Below, in pieces: positions 27,605-43,100 of a DNA stretch of 64,000 nt. Made by a program: the position numbers and the translations under genes. This DNA is from the human T2T-CHM13v2.0 reference genome, Homo sapiens. How positions within the stretch are numbered: position 1 is the stretch's first letter; every line of letters begins with the position of its first letter. Under the pieces are notes generated by a model, which was not told the origin of the DNA, searched no databases, and was given only the letters and a program-made list of their open reading frames with translations. Location: NCBI RefSeq assembly GCF_009914755.1, contig NC_060927.1, one strand, 5' to 3'.

Positions 27605-30600
27605 AAGTACATCAAATATATATTTTATTCTGTACATAAAATATCAAAGTACACCAGATATATATTCTATAGCGTACATAAAATATCAAAGTACACAAAC
27701 TATACATTATATACTGTACATAAAATATGAAATTACATCAAATATATATTATATTAGGTACATAAAATATGAAAGTACATCAAATATAGATTATATACTG
27801 TAAATATAATATCAATGTTCCCCAAATATATATTTTATACTCTACATGAAATATCAAAGTTCACAAACCATATATTATATACTGTACATAAAATATCAAA
27901 GTACCCAAGGTATATATTCTATACTGTACAAAAAATATCAAAGTACCCAAAGCATGTATTATATACTGTACATAAAATATGAAAGTACATCAAATATATA
28001 TTTTATTCTGTACATAAAATATCAAAGTACACCAGATATATATTCTACAGTGTACATAAAATATCAAAGTACCCAAACTATACATTATATACTGTACATA
28101 AAATATGAAATTACATCAAATATATATTATATTAGGTACATAAAATACGAAAGTACATCAAATATAGATTATATACTGTACATAAAATATCAAAGTACCC
28201 CAATATATATTATATACTGTACATGAAATATCAAAGTTCACAAACTATATATTATGTACTGTACATAAAATATCAAAGTACCCAAGGTATATATTCTATA
28301 CTGTACAAAAAATATCAAAGTACCCAAAGCATGTATTATATAATGTACATAAAATATGAAAGTACATCAAATATATATTTTATTCTGTACATAAAATATC
28401 AAAGTACACCAGATATATATTCTATAGCGTACATAAAATATCAAAGTACACAAACTATACATTATATACTGTACATAAAATATGAAATTACATCAAATAT
28501 ATATTATATTAGGTAAATGAAATATGAAAGTACATCAAATATAGATTATATACTGTACATAAAATATGAAAGTACCCCAAATATATATTATATACTCTAC
28601 ATGAAATATCAAAGTTCACAAACTATATATTATATACTGTACATAAAATATCAAAGTACCCAAGGTATATATTCTATACTGTACAAAAAATATCAAAGTA
28701 TCCAAAGCATGTATTATATACTGTATATAAAATATGAAAGTACATCAAATATATATTTTATTCTGTACATAAAATATCAAAGTACACCAGATATATATTC
28801 TATAGCGTACATAAAATATCAAAGTACACAAACTATACATTATATACTGTACATAAAATATGAAATTACATCAAATATATATTATATTAGGTACATAAAA
28901 TATGAAAGTACATCAAATGTAGATTATATATTGTAAATATAATATCAATGTACCCCAAATATATATTTTATACTCTACATGAAATATCAAAGTTCACAAA
29001 CCATATATTATATACTGTACATAAAATATCAAAGTACCCAAGGTATATATTCTATACTGTACAAAAAATATCAAAGTACCCAAAGCATGTATTATATACT
29101 GTACATAAAATATGAAAGTACATCAAATATATATTTTATTCTGTACATAAAATATCAAAGTACACCAGATATATATTCTATAGCGTACATAAAATATCAA
29201 AGTACCCAAACTATACATTATATACTGTACATAAAATATGAAATTACATCAAATATAAATTATATTAGGTAAATGAAATATGAAAGTACATCAAATATAG
29301 ATTATATACTGTACATAAAATATGAAAGTACCCCAAATATATATTATATACTCTACATGAAATATCAAAGTTCACAAACTATATATTATATACTGTACAT
29401 AAAATATCAAAGTACACAAGGTATATATTCTATACTGTACAAAAAATATCAAAGTATCCAAAGCATGTATTATATACTGTATATAAAATATGAAAGTACA
29501 TCAAATATATATTTTATTCTGTACATAAAATATCAAAGTACACCAGATATATATTCTATAGTGTACATAAAATATCAAAGTACCCAATCTATACATTATA
29601 TACTGTACATAAAATATGAAATTACAGCAAATATATATTATATTAGGTACATAAAATATGAAAGTACATCAAATATAGATTATATACTCTACATTAAATA
29701 CCAAAGTACCCCAAATATATATTTTATACTGTACATGAAATATCAAAGTTCACAAACTATATATTATATACTGTACATAAAATATCAATGTACCCAAGGT
29801 ATATATTCTATACTGCACAAAAAATATCAAAGTACCCAAAGCATGTATTATATACTGTATATAAAATATGAAAGTACATCAAATATATATTTTATTCTGT
29901 ACATAAAATATCAAAGTACACCAGATATATATTCTATAGTGTACATAAAATATCAAAGTACCCAAACTATACATTATATACTGTACATAAAATATGAAAT
30001 TACATCAAATATATATTATATTAGGTACATAAAATACGAAAGTACATCAAATATAGATTATATACTGTACATAAAATATGAAAGTACCCCAATATATATT
30101 ATATACTCTACATGAAATATCAAAGTTCACAAACTATATATTATGTACTGTACATAAAATATCAAACTACCCAAGGTATATATTCTATACTGTACAAAAA
30201 ATATCAAAGTACCCAAAGCATGTATTATATAATGTACATAAAATATGAAAGTACATCAAATATATATTTTATTCTGTACATAAAATATCAAAGAACACCA
30301 GATATATATTCTATAGTGTACATAAAATATCAAAGTACCCAAACTATACATTATATACTGTACATAAAATATGAAATTACATCATATATATATTAGGTAC
30401 ATAAAATATGAAAGTACATCAAATATATATTTTATTCTGTACATAAAATATCAAAGTACACCAGATATATATTCTATAGTGTACATAAAATAACAAAGTA
30501 CACAAACTATAAAATATATACTGTACATAAAATATGAAATTACATCAAATATATATTAGGTACATAAAATATGAAAGTACATCAAATATAGATTATATAC

Positions 30601-30975
30601 TGTACATATAATATCAATGTACCCGAAATATATATTTTATACTCTACATGAAATATCAAAGTTCACAAACCATATATTGTATACTGCACATAAAATATCA
30701 AAATACACAAGGTATATATTCTATACTGTACAAAAAATATCAAAGTACCCAAAGCAGGTATTATATACTGTATATAAAATATGAAAGTACATCAAATATA
30801 TATTTTATTCTGTACATAAAATATCAAAGTACACCAGATATATATTCTATAGTGTACATAAAATATCAAGGTACCCAAACTATATATTATATACTGTACA
30901 TAAAATATGAAATTACAGCAAATATATATTATATTAGGTACATAAAATATGAAAGTACATCAAATATAGATTATA
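27605..30975 (+). repeat. Copy of block ~20820-24190 (offset 6,785 bp)
   Basis: ORFs 21061/27846, 21438/28223, 21732/28517, 22194/28979, 22488/29273, 23327/30112 and 23863/30648. Shared rare CAATGTTCCCC and CCCAATCTATAC variants. Confidence 0.88.
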
Positions 30976-32509
30976 TACTGTACATTAAATACCAAAGTAC
31001 CCCAAATATATATTTTATACTGTACATGAAATATCAAAGTTCACAAACTATATATTATATACTGTAAATAAAATATCAATGTACCCAAGGTATATATTCT
31101 ATACTGCACAAAAAATATCAAAGTACCCAAAGCATGTATTATATACTGTATATAAAATATGAAAGTACATCAAATATATATTTTATTCTGTACATAAAAT
31201 ATCAAACTACACCAGATATATATTCTATAGCGTACATAAAATATCAAAGTACACAAACTATACATTATATACTGTACATAAAATATGAAATTACATCAAA
31301 TATATATTATATTAGGTACATAAAATATGAAAGTACATCACATATAGATTATATACTGTAAATATAATATCAATGTACCCCAAATATATATTTTATACTC
31401 TACATGAAATATCAAAGTTCACAAACCATATATTATATACTGTACATAAAATATCAAAGTACCCAAGGTATATATTCTATACTGTACAAAAAATATCAAA
31501 GTACCCAAAGCATGTATTATATACTGTACATAAAATATGAAATTACAGCAAATATATATTATATTAGGTACATAAAATATGAAAGTACATCAAATATAGA
31601 TTATATACTGTACATTAAATACCAAAGTACCCCAAATATATATTTTATACTGTACATGAAATTTCAAAGTTCACAAACTATATATTATATACTGTACATA
31701 AAATATCAAAGTACCCAAGGTATATATTCTATAGTGTACAAAAAATATCAAAGTACCCAAAGCATGTATTATATACCGTACATAAAATATAAAATTACAT
31801 CAAATATATATTTTATTCTGTACATAAAATATCAAAGTACACCAGATATATATACTATAGTGTACATAAAATATCAAAGTACCCAAACTATACATTATAC
31901 ACTGTACATAAAATATGAAATTACATCAAATATATATTAGGTACATAAAATATGAAAGTACATCAAATATAGATTATATACTGTAAATATAATATCAATG
32001 TACCCCAAATATATATTTTATACTCTATATGAAATATCAAAGTTCACAAACCATATATTATATACTGTACATAAAATATCAAAGTACCAAAGGTATATAT
32101 TCTATACTGTACAAAAAATATCAAAGTACCCAAAGCATGTATTATATACTGTACATAAAATATGAAAGTACATCAAATATATATTTTATTCTGTACATAA
32201 AATATCAAAGTACACCAGATATATATTCTATAGTGTACATAAAATATCAAAGTACCCAAACTATACATTATATACTGTACATAAAATATGAAATTACATC
32301 AAATATATATTATATTAGGTACATGAAATATGAAAGTACATCAAATATAGATTATATACTGTACATAAAATATGAAAGTACCCCAAATATATATTATATA
32401 CTCTACATGAAATATCAAAGTTCACAAACTATATATTATATACTGTACATAAAATATCAAAGTACCCAAGGTATATATTCTATACTGTACAAAAAATATC
32501 AAAGTATCC

Positions 32510-35500
32510 AAAGCAGGTATTATATACTGTATATAAAATATGAAAGTACATCAAATATATATTTTATTCTGTACATAAAATATCAAAGTACACCAGATAT
32601 ATATTCTATAGTGTACATAAAATATCAAGGTACCCAAACTATATATTATATACTGTACATAAAATATGAAATTACAGCAAATATATATTATATTAGGTAC
32701 ATAAAATATGAAAGTACATCAAATATAGATTACATACTGTACATTAAATACCAAAGTACCCCAAATATATATTTTATACCGTACATGAAATATCAAAGTT
32801 CACAAACTATATATTATATACTGTACATAAAATATCAATGTACCCAAGGTATATATTCTATACTGCACAAAAAATATCAAAGTACCCAAAGCATGTATTA
32901 TATACTGTATATAAAATATGAAAGTACATCAAATATATATTTTATTCTGTACATAAAATAACAAAGTACACCAGATATATATTCTATAGTGTACATAAAA
33001 TATCAAAGTACCCAAACTATACATTATATACTGTACATAAATATGAAATTACATCAAATATATATTATATTAGGTACATAAAATATGAAAGTACATGAAG
33101 TATAGATTATATACTGTAGATAAAATATCAAAGTACCCCAAATTTATATTATATACTATACATGAAATATCAAAGTTCACAAACTATATATTATATACTG
33201 TACATAAAATATCAAAGTACCCAAGGTATATATTCTATAGTGTACAAAAAATATCAAAGTACCCAAAGCATGTATTATATACCGTACATAAAATATAAAA
33301 TTACATCAAATATATATTTTATTCTGTACATAAAATATCAAAGTACACCAGATATATATACTATAGTGTACATAAAATATCAAAGTACCCAAACTATACA
33401 TTATACACTGTACATAAAATATGAAATTACATCAAATATATATTAGGTACATAAAATATGAAAGTACATCAAATATAGATTATATACTGTAAATATAATA
33501 TCAATGTACCCCAAATATATATTTTATACTCTACATGAAATATCAAAGTTCACAAACCATATATTATATACTGTACATAAAATATCAAAGTACCCAAGGT
33601 ATATATTCTATATTGTGCAAAAAATATCAAAGTACCCAAAGCATGTATTATATACTGTATATAAAATATGAAAGTACATCAAATATATATTTTATTCTGT
33701 ACATAAAATGTCAAAGTACACCAGATATATATTCTATAGTGTACATAAAATATCAAAGTACCCAAACTATACATTATATACTGTACATAAAATATCAAAT
33801 TACATCAAATATATATTAAGTACATAAAATATGAAAGTACATCAAATATAGATTATATAGTGTACATAAAATATCAATGTACACCAAATATATATTATAT
33901 ACTCTACATGAAATATCAAAGTTCACAAACTATATATTATATACTGTCCATAAAATATCAAAGTACCCAAGGTATATATTTTATACTGTACAAAAAATAT
34001 CAAAGTACCCAAAGCATGTATTATATACTATACCTAAAATATGAAAGTACATCAATTATATATTTTATTCTGTACATAAAATATCAAAGTACACCAGATA
34101 TATATTCTACAGTGTATATAAAATATCAAAGTACCCAAACTATACATTATATACTGTACATAAAATATGAAATTACATCAAATATATATTATATTAGGTA
34201 TATAAAATATGAAAGTACATGAAGTATAGATTATATACTGTACATAAAATATCAAAGTACCCCAATATATATTATATACTCTACATGAAATATCAAAGTT
34301 CACAAACTATATATTATATACTGTACATAAAATATCAAAGTACCCAAGGTATATATTCTATAGTGTACAAAAAATATCAAAGTACCCAAAGCATGTATTA
34401 TATACCGTACGTAAAATATAAAATTACATCAAATATATATTTTATTCTGTACATAAAATATCAAAGTACACCAGATATATATACTATAGTGTACATAAAA
34501 TATCAAAGTACCCAAACTATACATTATACACTGCACATAAAATATGAAATTACATCAAATATATATTAGGTACGTAAAATATGAAAGTACATCAAATATA
34601 GATTATATACTGTAAATATAATATCAATGTACCCCAAATATATATTTTATACTCTACATGAAATATCAAAGTTCACAAACCATATATTATATACTGTAAA
34701 TAAAATATCAAAGTACCCAAGGTATATATTCTATACTGTACAAAAAATATCAAAGTACCCAAAGCATGTATTATATACTGTACATAAAATATGAAAGTAC
34801 ATCAAATATATATTTTATTCTGTACATAAAATATCAAAGTACACCAGATATATATTCTATAGTGTACATAAAATAACAAAGTACACAAACTATAAATTAT
34901 ATCCTGTACATAAAATATGAAATTACATCAAATATATATTAGGTACATAAAATATGAAAGTACATCAAATATAGATTATATACTGTACATTAAGTACCAA
35001 AGTACACCAAATATATATTTTATTCTGTACATAAAATATCAAAGTACACCAGATATATATTCTATAGTGTACATAAAATATCAAAGTACCCAAACTATAC
35101 ATTATATACTGTACATAAAATATGAAATTACAGCAAATATATATTATATTAGGTAAATGAAATATGAAAGTACATCAAATATAGATTATATACTGTACAT
35201 AAAATATGAAAGTACCCCAAATATATATTATATACTCTACATGAAATATCAAAGTTCACAAACTATATATTATATACTGTACATAAAATACCAAAGTACC
35301 CAAGGTATATATTCTATACTGTACAAAAAATATCAAAGTATCCAAAGCATGTATTATATACTGTATATAAAATATGAAAGTACATCAAATATATATTTTA
35401 TTCTGTACATAAAATATCAAAGTACACCAGATATATATTCTATAGTGTACATAAAATATCAAAGTACCCAAACTATACATTATATACTGTACATAAAATA

Positions 35501-37040
35501 TGAAATTACAGCAAATATATATTATATTAGGTACATAAAATATGAAAGTACATCAAATATAGATTATATACTCTACATTAAATACCAAAGTACCCCAAAT
35601 ATATATTTTATACTGTACATGAAATATCAAAGTTCACAAACTATATATTATATACTGTACATAAAATATCAATGTACCCAAGGTATATATTCTATACTGC
35701 ACAAAAAATATCAAAGTACCCAAAGCATGTATTATATACTGTATATAAAATAGGAAAGTACATCAAATATATATTTTATTCTGTACATAAAATATCAAAG
35801 TACACCAGATATATATTCTATAGTGTACATAAAATATCAAAGTACCCAAACTATACATTATATACTGTACATAAAATATGAAATTACATCAAATACATAT
35901 TATATTAGGTACATAAAATACGAAAGTACATCAAATATAGATTATATACTGTACATAAAATATGAAAGTACCCCAATATATATTATATACTCTACATGAA
36001 ATATCAAAGTTCACAAACTATATATTATGTACTGTACATAAAATATCAAACTACCCAAGGTATATATTCTATACTGTACAAAAAATATCAAAGTACCCAA
36101 AGCATGTATTATATAATGTACATAAAATATGAAAGTACATCAAATATATATTTTATTCTGTACATAAAATATCAAAGAACACCAGATATATATTCTATAG
36201 TGTACATAAAATATCAAAGTACCCAAACTATACATTATATACTGTACATAAAATATGAAATTACATCAAATATATATTATATTAGGTACATAAAATATGA
36301 AAGTACATCAAATATAGATTATATACTGTAAATATAATATCAATGTACCCCAAATATATATTTTATACTCTACATGAAATATCAAAGTTCACAAACCATA
36401 TATTATATACTGTACATAAAATATCAAAGTACCCAAGGTATATATTCTATACTGTACAAAAAATATCAAAGTACCCAAAGCATGTATTATATACTATACC
36501 TAAAATATGAAAGTACATCAAATATATATTTTATTCTGTACATAAAATATCAAAGTACACCAGATATATATTCTACAGTGTACATAAAATATCAAAGTAC
36601 CCAAACTATACATTATATACTGTACATAAAATATGAAATTACATCAAATATATATTATATTAGGTACATAAAATACGAAAGTACATCAAATATAGATTAT
36701 ATACTGTACATAAAATATCAAAGTACCCCAATATATATTATATACTGTACATGAAATATCAAAGTTCACAAACTATATATTATGTACTGTACATAAAATA
36801 TCAAAGTACCCAAGGTATATATTCTATACTGTACAAAAAATATCAAAGTACCCAAAGCATGTATTATATAATGTACATAAAATATGAAAGTACATCAAAT
36901 ATATATTTTATTCTGTACATAAAATATCAAAGTACACCAGATATATATTCTATAGCGTACATAAAATATCAAAGTACACAAACTATACATTATATACTGT
37001 ACATAAAATATGAAATTACATCAAATATATATTATATTAG
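32510..37040 (+). repeat. Copy of block ~16440-20970 (offset 16,066-16,068 bp)
   Basis: ORFs 17028/33095, 17468/33535, 18152/34219, 18851/34917, 19930/35996 and 20306/36374. Shared 1-bp deletion GTACATAAATATG, plus TGTGCAAAAAA and AAATGTCAAAG variants. Confidence 0.85.
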
Positions 37041-40000
37041 GTAAATGAAATATGAAAGTACATCAAATATAGATTATATACTGTACATAAAATATGAAAG
37101 TACCCCAAATATATATTATATACTCTACATGAAATATCAAAGTTTACAAACTATATATTATATACTGTACATAAAATATCAAAGTACCCAAGGTATATAT
37201 TCTATACTGTACAAAAAATATCAAAGTATCCAAAGCATGTATTATATACTGTATATAAAATATGAAAGTACATCAAATATATATTTTATTCTGTACATAA
37301 AATATCAAAGTACACCAGATATATATTCTATAGCGTACATAAAATATCAAAGTACACAAACTATACATTATATACTGTACATAAAATATGAAATTACATC
37401 AAATATATATTATATTAGGTACATAAAATATGAAAGTACATCAAATATAGATTATATACTGTAAATATAATATCAATGTACCCCAAATATATATTTTATA
37501 CTCTACATGAAATATCAAAGTTCACAAACCATATATTATATACTGTACATAAAATATCAAAGTACCCAAGGTATATATTCTATACTGTACAAAAAATATC
37601 AAAGTACCCAAAGCATGTATTATATACTGTACATAAAATATGAAAGTACATCAAATATATATTTTATTCTGTACATAAAATATCAAAGTACACCAGATAT
37701 ATATTCTATAGTGTACATAAAATATCAAAGTACCCAAACTATACATTATATACTGTACATAAAATATGAAATTACATCATATATATATTAGGTACATAAA
37801 ATATGAAAGTACATCAAATATATATTTTATTCTGTACATAAAATATCAAAGTACACCAGATATATATTCTATAGTGTACATAAAATAACAAAGTACACAA
37901 ACTATAAAATATATACTGTACATAAAATATGAAATTACATCAAATATATATTAGGTACATAAAATATGAAAGTACATCAAATATAGATTATATACTGTAC
38001 ATATAATATCAATGTACCCGAAATATATATTTTATACTCTACATGAAATATCAAAGTTCACAAACCATATATTGTATACTGCACATAAAATATCAAAATA
38101 CACAAGGTATATATTCTATACTGTACAAAAAATATCAAAGTACCCAAAGCAGGTATTATATACTGTATATAAAATATGAAAGTACATCAAATATATATTT
38201 TATTCTGTACATAAAATATCAAAGTACACCAGATATATATTCTATAGTGTACATAAAATATAAAGGTACCCAAACTATATATTATATACTGTACATAAAA
38301 TATGAAATTACAGCAAATATATATTATATTAGGTACATAAAATATGAAAGTACATCAAATATAGATTATATACTGTACATTAAATACCAAAGTACCCCAA
38401 ATATATATTTTATACTGTACATGAAATATCAAAGTTCACAAACTATATATTATATACTGTACATAAAATATCAATGTACCCAAGGTATATATTCTATACT
38501 GCAAAAAAATTTCAAAGTACCCAAAGCATGTATTATATACTGTATATAAAATATGAAAGTACATCAAATATATATTTTATTCTGTACATAAAATATCAAA
38601 GTACACCAGATATATATTCTATAGCGTACATAAAATATCAAAGCACACAAACTATACATTATATACTGTACATAAAATATGAAATTACATCAAATATATA
38701 TTATATTAGGTACATAAAATATGAAAGTACATCAAATATAGATTATATACTGTAAATATAATATCAATGTACCCCAAATATATATTTTATACTCTACATG
38801 AAATATCAAAGTTCACAAACCATATATTATATACTGTACATAAAATATCAAAGTACCCAAGGTATATATTCTATACTGTACAAAAAATATCAAAGTACCC
38901 AAAGCATGTATTATATACTGTACATAAAATATGAAAGTACATCAAATATATATTTTATTCTGTACATAAAATATCAAAGTACACCAGATATATATTCTAT
39001 AGTGTACATAAAATATCAAAGTACCCAAACTATACATTATATACTGTACATAAAATATGAAATTACATCAAATATATATTATATTAGGTAAATGAAATAT
39101 GAAAGTACATCAAATATAGATTATATACTGTACATAAAATATGAAAGTACCCCAAATATATATTATATACTCTACATGAAATATCAAAGTTCACAAACTA
39201 TATATTATGTACTGTACATAAAATATCAAAGTACCCAAGGTATATATTCTATACTGTACAAAAAATATCAAAGTATCCAAAGCATGTATTATATACTGTA
39301 TATAAAATATGAAAGTACATCAAATATATATTTTATTCTGTACATAAAATATCAAAGTACACCAGATATATATTCTATAGTGTACATAAAATATCAAAGT
39401 ACCCAAACTATACATTATATACTGTACATAAAATATGAAATTACAGCAAATATATATTATATTAGGTACATAAAATATGAAAGTACATCAAATATAGATT
39501 ATATACTCTACATTAAATACCAAAGTACCCCAAATATATATTTTATACTGTACATGAAATATCAAAGTTCACAAACTATATATTATATACTGTACATAAA
39601 ATATCAATGTACCCAAGGTATATATTCTATACTGCACAAAAAATATCAAAGTACCCAAAGCATGTATTATATACTGTATATAAAATATGAAAGTACATCA
39701 AATATATATTTTATTCTGTACATAAAATATCAAAGTACACCAGATATATATTCTATAGTGTACATAAAATATCAAAGTACCCAAACTATACATTATATAC
39801 TGTACATAAAATATGAAATTACATCAAATATATATTATATTAGGTACATAAAATACGAAAGTACATCAAATATAGATTATATACTGTACATAAAATATGA
39901 AAGTACCCCAATATATATTATATACTCTACATGAAATATCAAAGTTCACAAACTATATATTATGTACTGTACATAAAATATCAAACTACCCAAGGTATAT

Positions 40001-40149
40001 ATTCTATACTGTACAAAAAATATCAAAGTACCCAAAGCATGTATTATATAATGTACATAAAATATGAAAGTACATCAAATATATATTTTATTCTGTACAT
40101 AAAATATCAAAGAACACCAGATATATATTCTATAGTGTACATAAAATAT

Positions 40150-43100
40150 CAAAGTACCCAAACTATACATTATATACTGTACATAAAATATGAAATTACA
40201 GCAAATATATATTATATTAGGTACATAAAATATGAAAGTACATCAAATATAGATTATATACTGTACATTAAATACCAAAGTACCCCAAATATATATTTTA
40301 TACTGTACATGAAATATCAAAGTTCACAAACTATATATTATATACTGTACATAAAATATCAATGTACCCAAGGTATATATTCTATACTGCACAAAAAATA
40401 TCAAAGTACCCAAAGCATGTATTATATACTGTATATAAAATATGAAAGTACATCAAATATATATTTTATTCTGTACATAAAATATCAAAGTACACCAGAT
40501 ATATATTCTATAGTGTACATAAAATAACAAAGTACACAAACTATAAATTATATCCTGTACATAAAATATGAAATTACATCAAATATATATTAGGTACATA
40601 AAATATGAAAGTACATCAAATATAGATTATATACTGTACATTAAGTACCAAAGTACACCAAATATATATTTTATTCTGTACATAAAATATCAAAGTACAC
40701 CAGATATATATTCTATAGTGTACATAAAATATCAAAGTACCCAAACTATACATTATATACTGTACATAAAATATGAAATTACATCAAATATATATTATAT
40801 TAGGTAAATGAAATATGAAAGTACAACAAATATAGATTATATACTGTACATAAAATATGAAAGTACCCCAAATATATATTATATACTCTACATGAAATAT
40901 CAAAGTTCACAAACTATATATTATGTACTGTACATAAAATATCAAAGTACCCAAGGTATATATTCTATACTGTACAAAAAATATCAAAGTATCCAAAGCA
41001 TGTATTATATACTGTATATAAAATATGAAAGTACATCAAATATATATTTTATTCTGTACATAAAATATCAAAGTACACCAGATATATATTCTATAGTGTA
41101 CATAAAATATCAAAGTACCCAAACTATACATTATATACTGTACATAAAATATGAAATTACAGCAAATATATATTATATTAGGTACATAAAATATGAAAGT
41201 ACATCAAATATAGATTATATACTCTACATTAAATACCAAAGTACCCCAAATATATATTTTATACTGTACATGAAATATCAAAGTTCACAAACTATATATT
41301 ATATACTGTACATAAAATATCAATGTACCCAAGGTATATATTCTATACTGCACAAAAAATATCAAAGTACCCAAAGCATGTATTATATACTGTATATAAA
41401 ATATGAAAGTACATCAAATATATATTTTATTCTGTACATAAAATATCAAAGTACACCAGATATATATTCTATAGTGTACATAAAATATCAAAGTACCCAA
41501 ACTATACATTATATACTGTACATAAAATATGAAATTACATCAAATATATATTATATTAGGTACATAAAATACGAAAGTACATCAAATATAGATTATATAC
41601 TGTACATAAAATATGAAAGTACCCCAATATATATTATATACTCTACATGAAATATCAAAGTTCACAAACTATATATTATGTACTGTACATAAAATATCAA
41701 ACTACCCAAGGTATATATTCTATACTGTACAAAAAATATCAAAGTACCCAAAGCATGTATTATATAATGTACATAAAATATGAAAGTACATCAAATATAT
41801 ATTTTATTCTGTACATAAAATATCAAAGAACACCAGATATATATTCTATAGTGTACATAAAATATCAAAGTACCCAAACTATACATTATATACTGTACAT
41901 AAAATATGAAATTACATCATATATATATTAGGTACATAAAATATGAAAGTACATCAAATATATATTTTATTCTGTACATAAAATATCAAAGTACACCAGA
42001 TATATATTCTATAGTGTACATAAAATAACAAAGTACACAAACTATAAAATATATACTGTACATAAAATATGAAATTACATCAAATATATATTAGGTACAT
42101 AAAATATGAAAGTACATCAAATATAGATTATATACTGTACATATAATATCAATGTACCCGAAATATATATTTTATACTCTACATGAAATATCAAAGTTCA
42201 CAAACCATATATTGTATACTGCACATAAAATATCAAAATACACAAGGTATATATTCTATACTGTACAAAAAATATCAAAGTACCCAAAGCAGGTATTATA
42301 TACTGTATATAAAATATGAAAGTACATCAAATATATATTTTATTCTGTACATAAAATATCAAAGTACACCAGATATATATTCTATAGTGTACATAAAATA
42401 TCAAGGTACCCAAACTATATATTATATACTGTACATAAAATATGAAATTACAGCAAATATATATTATATTAGGTACATAAAATATGAAAGTACATCAAAT
42501 ATAGATTATATACTGTACATTAAATACCAAAGTACCCCAAATATATATTTTATACTGTACATGAAATATCAAAGTTCACAAACTATATATTATATACTGT
42601 ACATAAAATATCAATGTACCCAAGGTATATATTCTATACTGCACAAAAAATATCAAAGTACCCAAAGCATGTATTATATACTGTATATAAAATATGAAAG
42701 TACATCAAATATATATTTTATTCTGTACATAAAATGTCAAAGTCCACCAGATATATATTCTATAGTGTACATAAAATATCAAAGTACCCAAACTATACAT
42801 TATATACTGTACATAAAATATGAAATTACATCAAATATATATTAAGTACATAAAATATGAAAGTACATCAAATATAGATTATATAGTGTACATAAAATAT
42901 CAATGTACACCAAATATATATTATATACTCTACATGAAATATCAAAGTTCACAAACTATATATTATATACTGTCCATAAAATATCAAAGTACCCAAGGTA
43001 TATATTTTATACTGTACAAAAAATATCAAAGTACCCAAAGCATGTATTATACACTATACCTAAAATATGAAAGTACATCAAATATATATTTTATTCTGTA

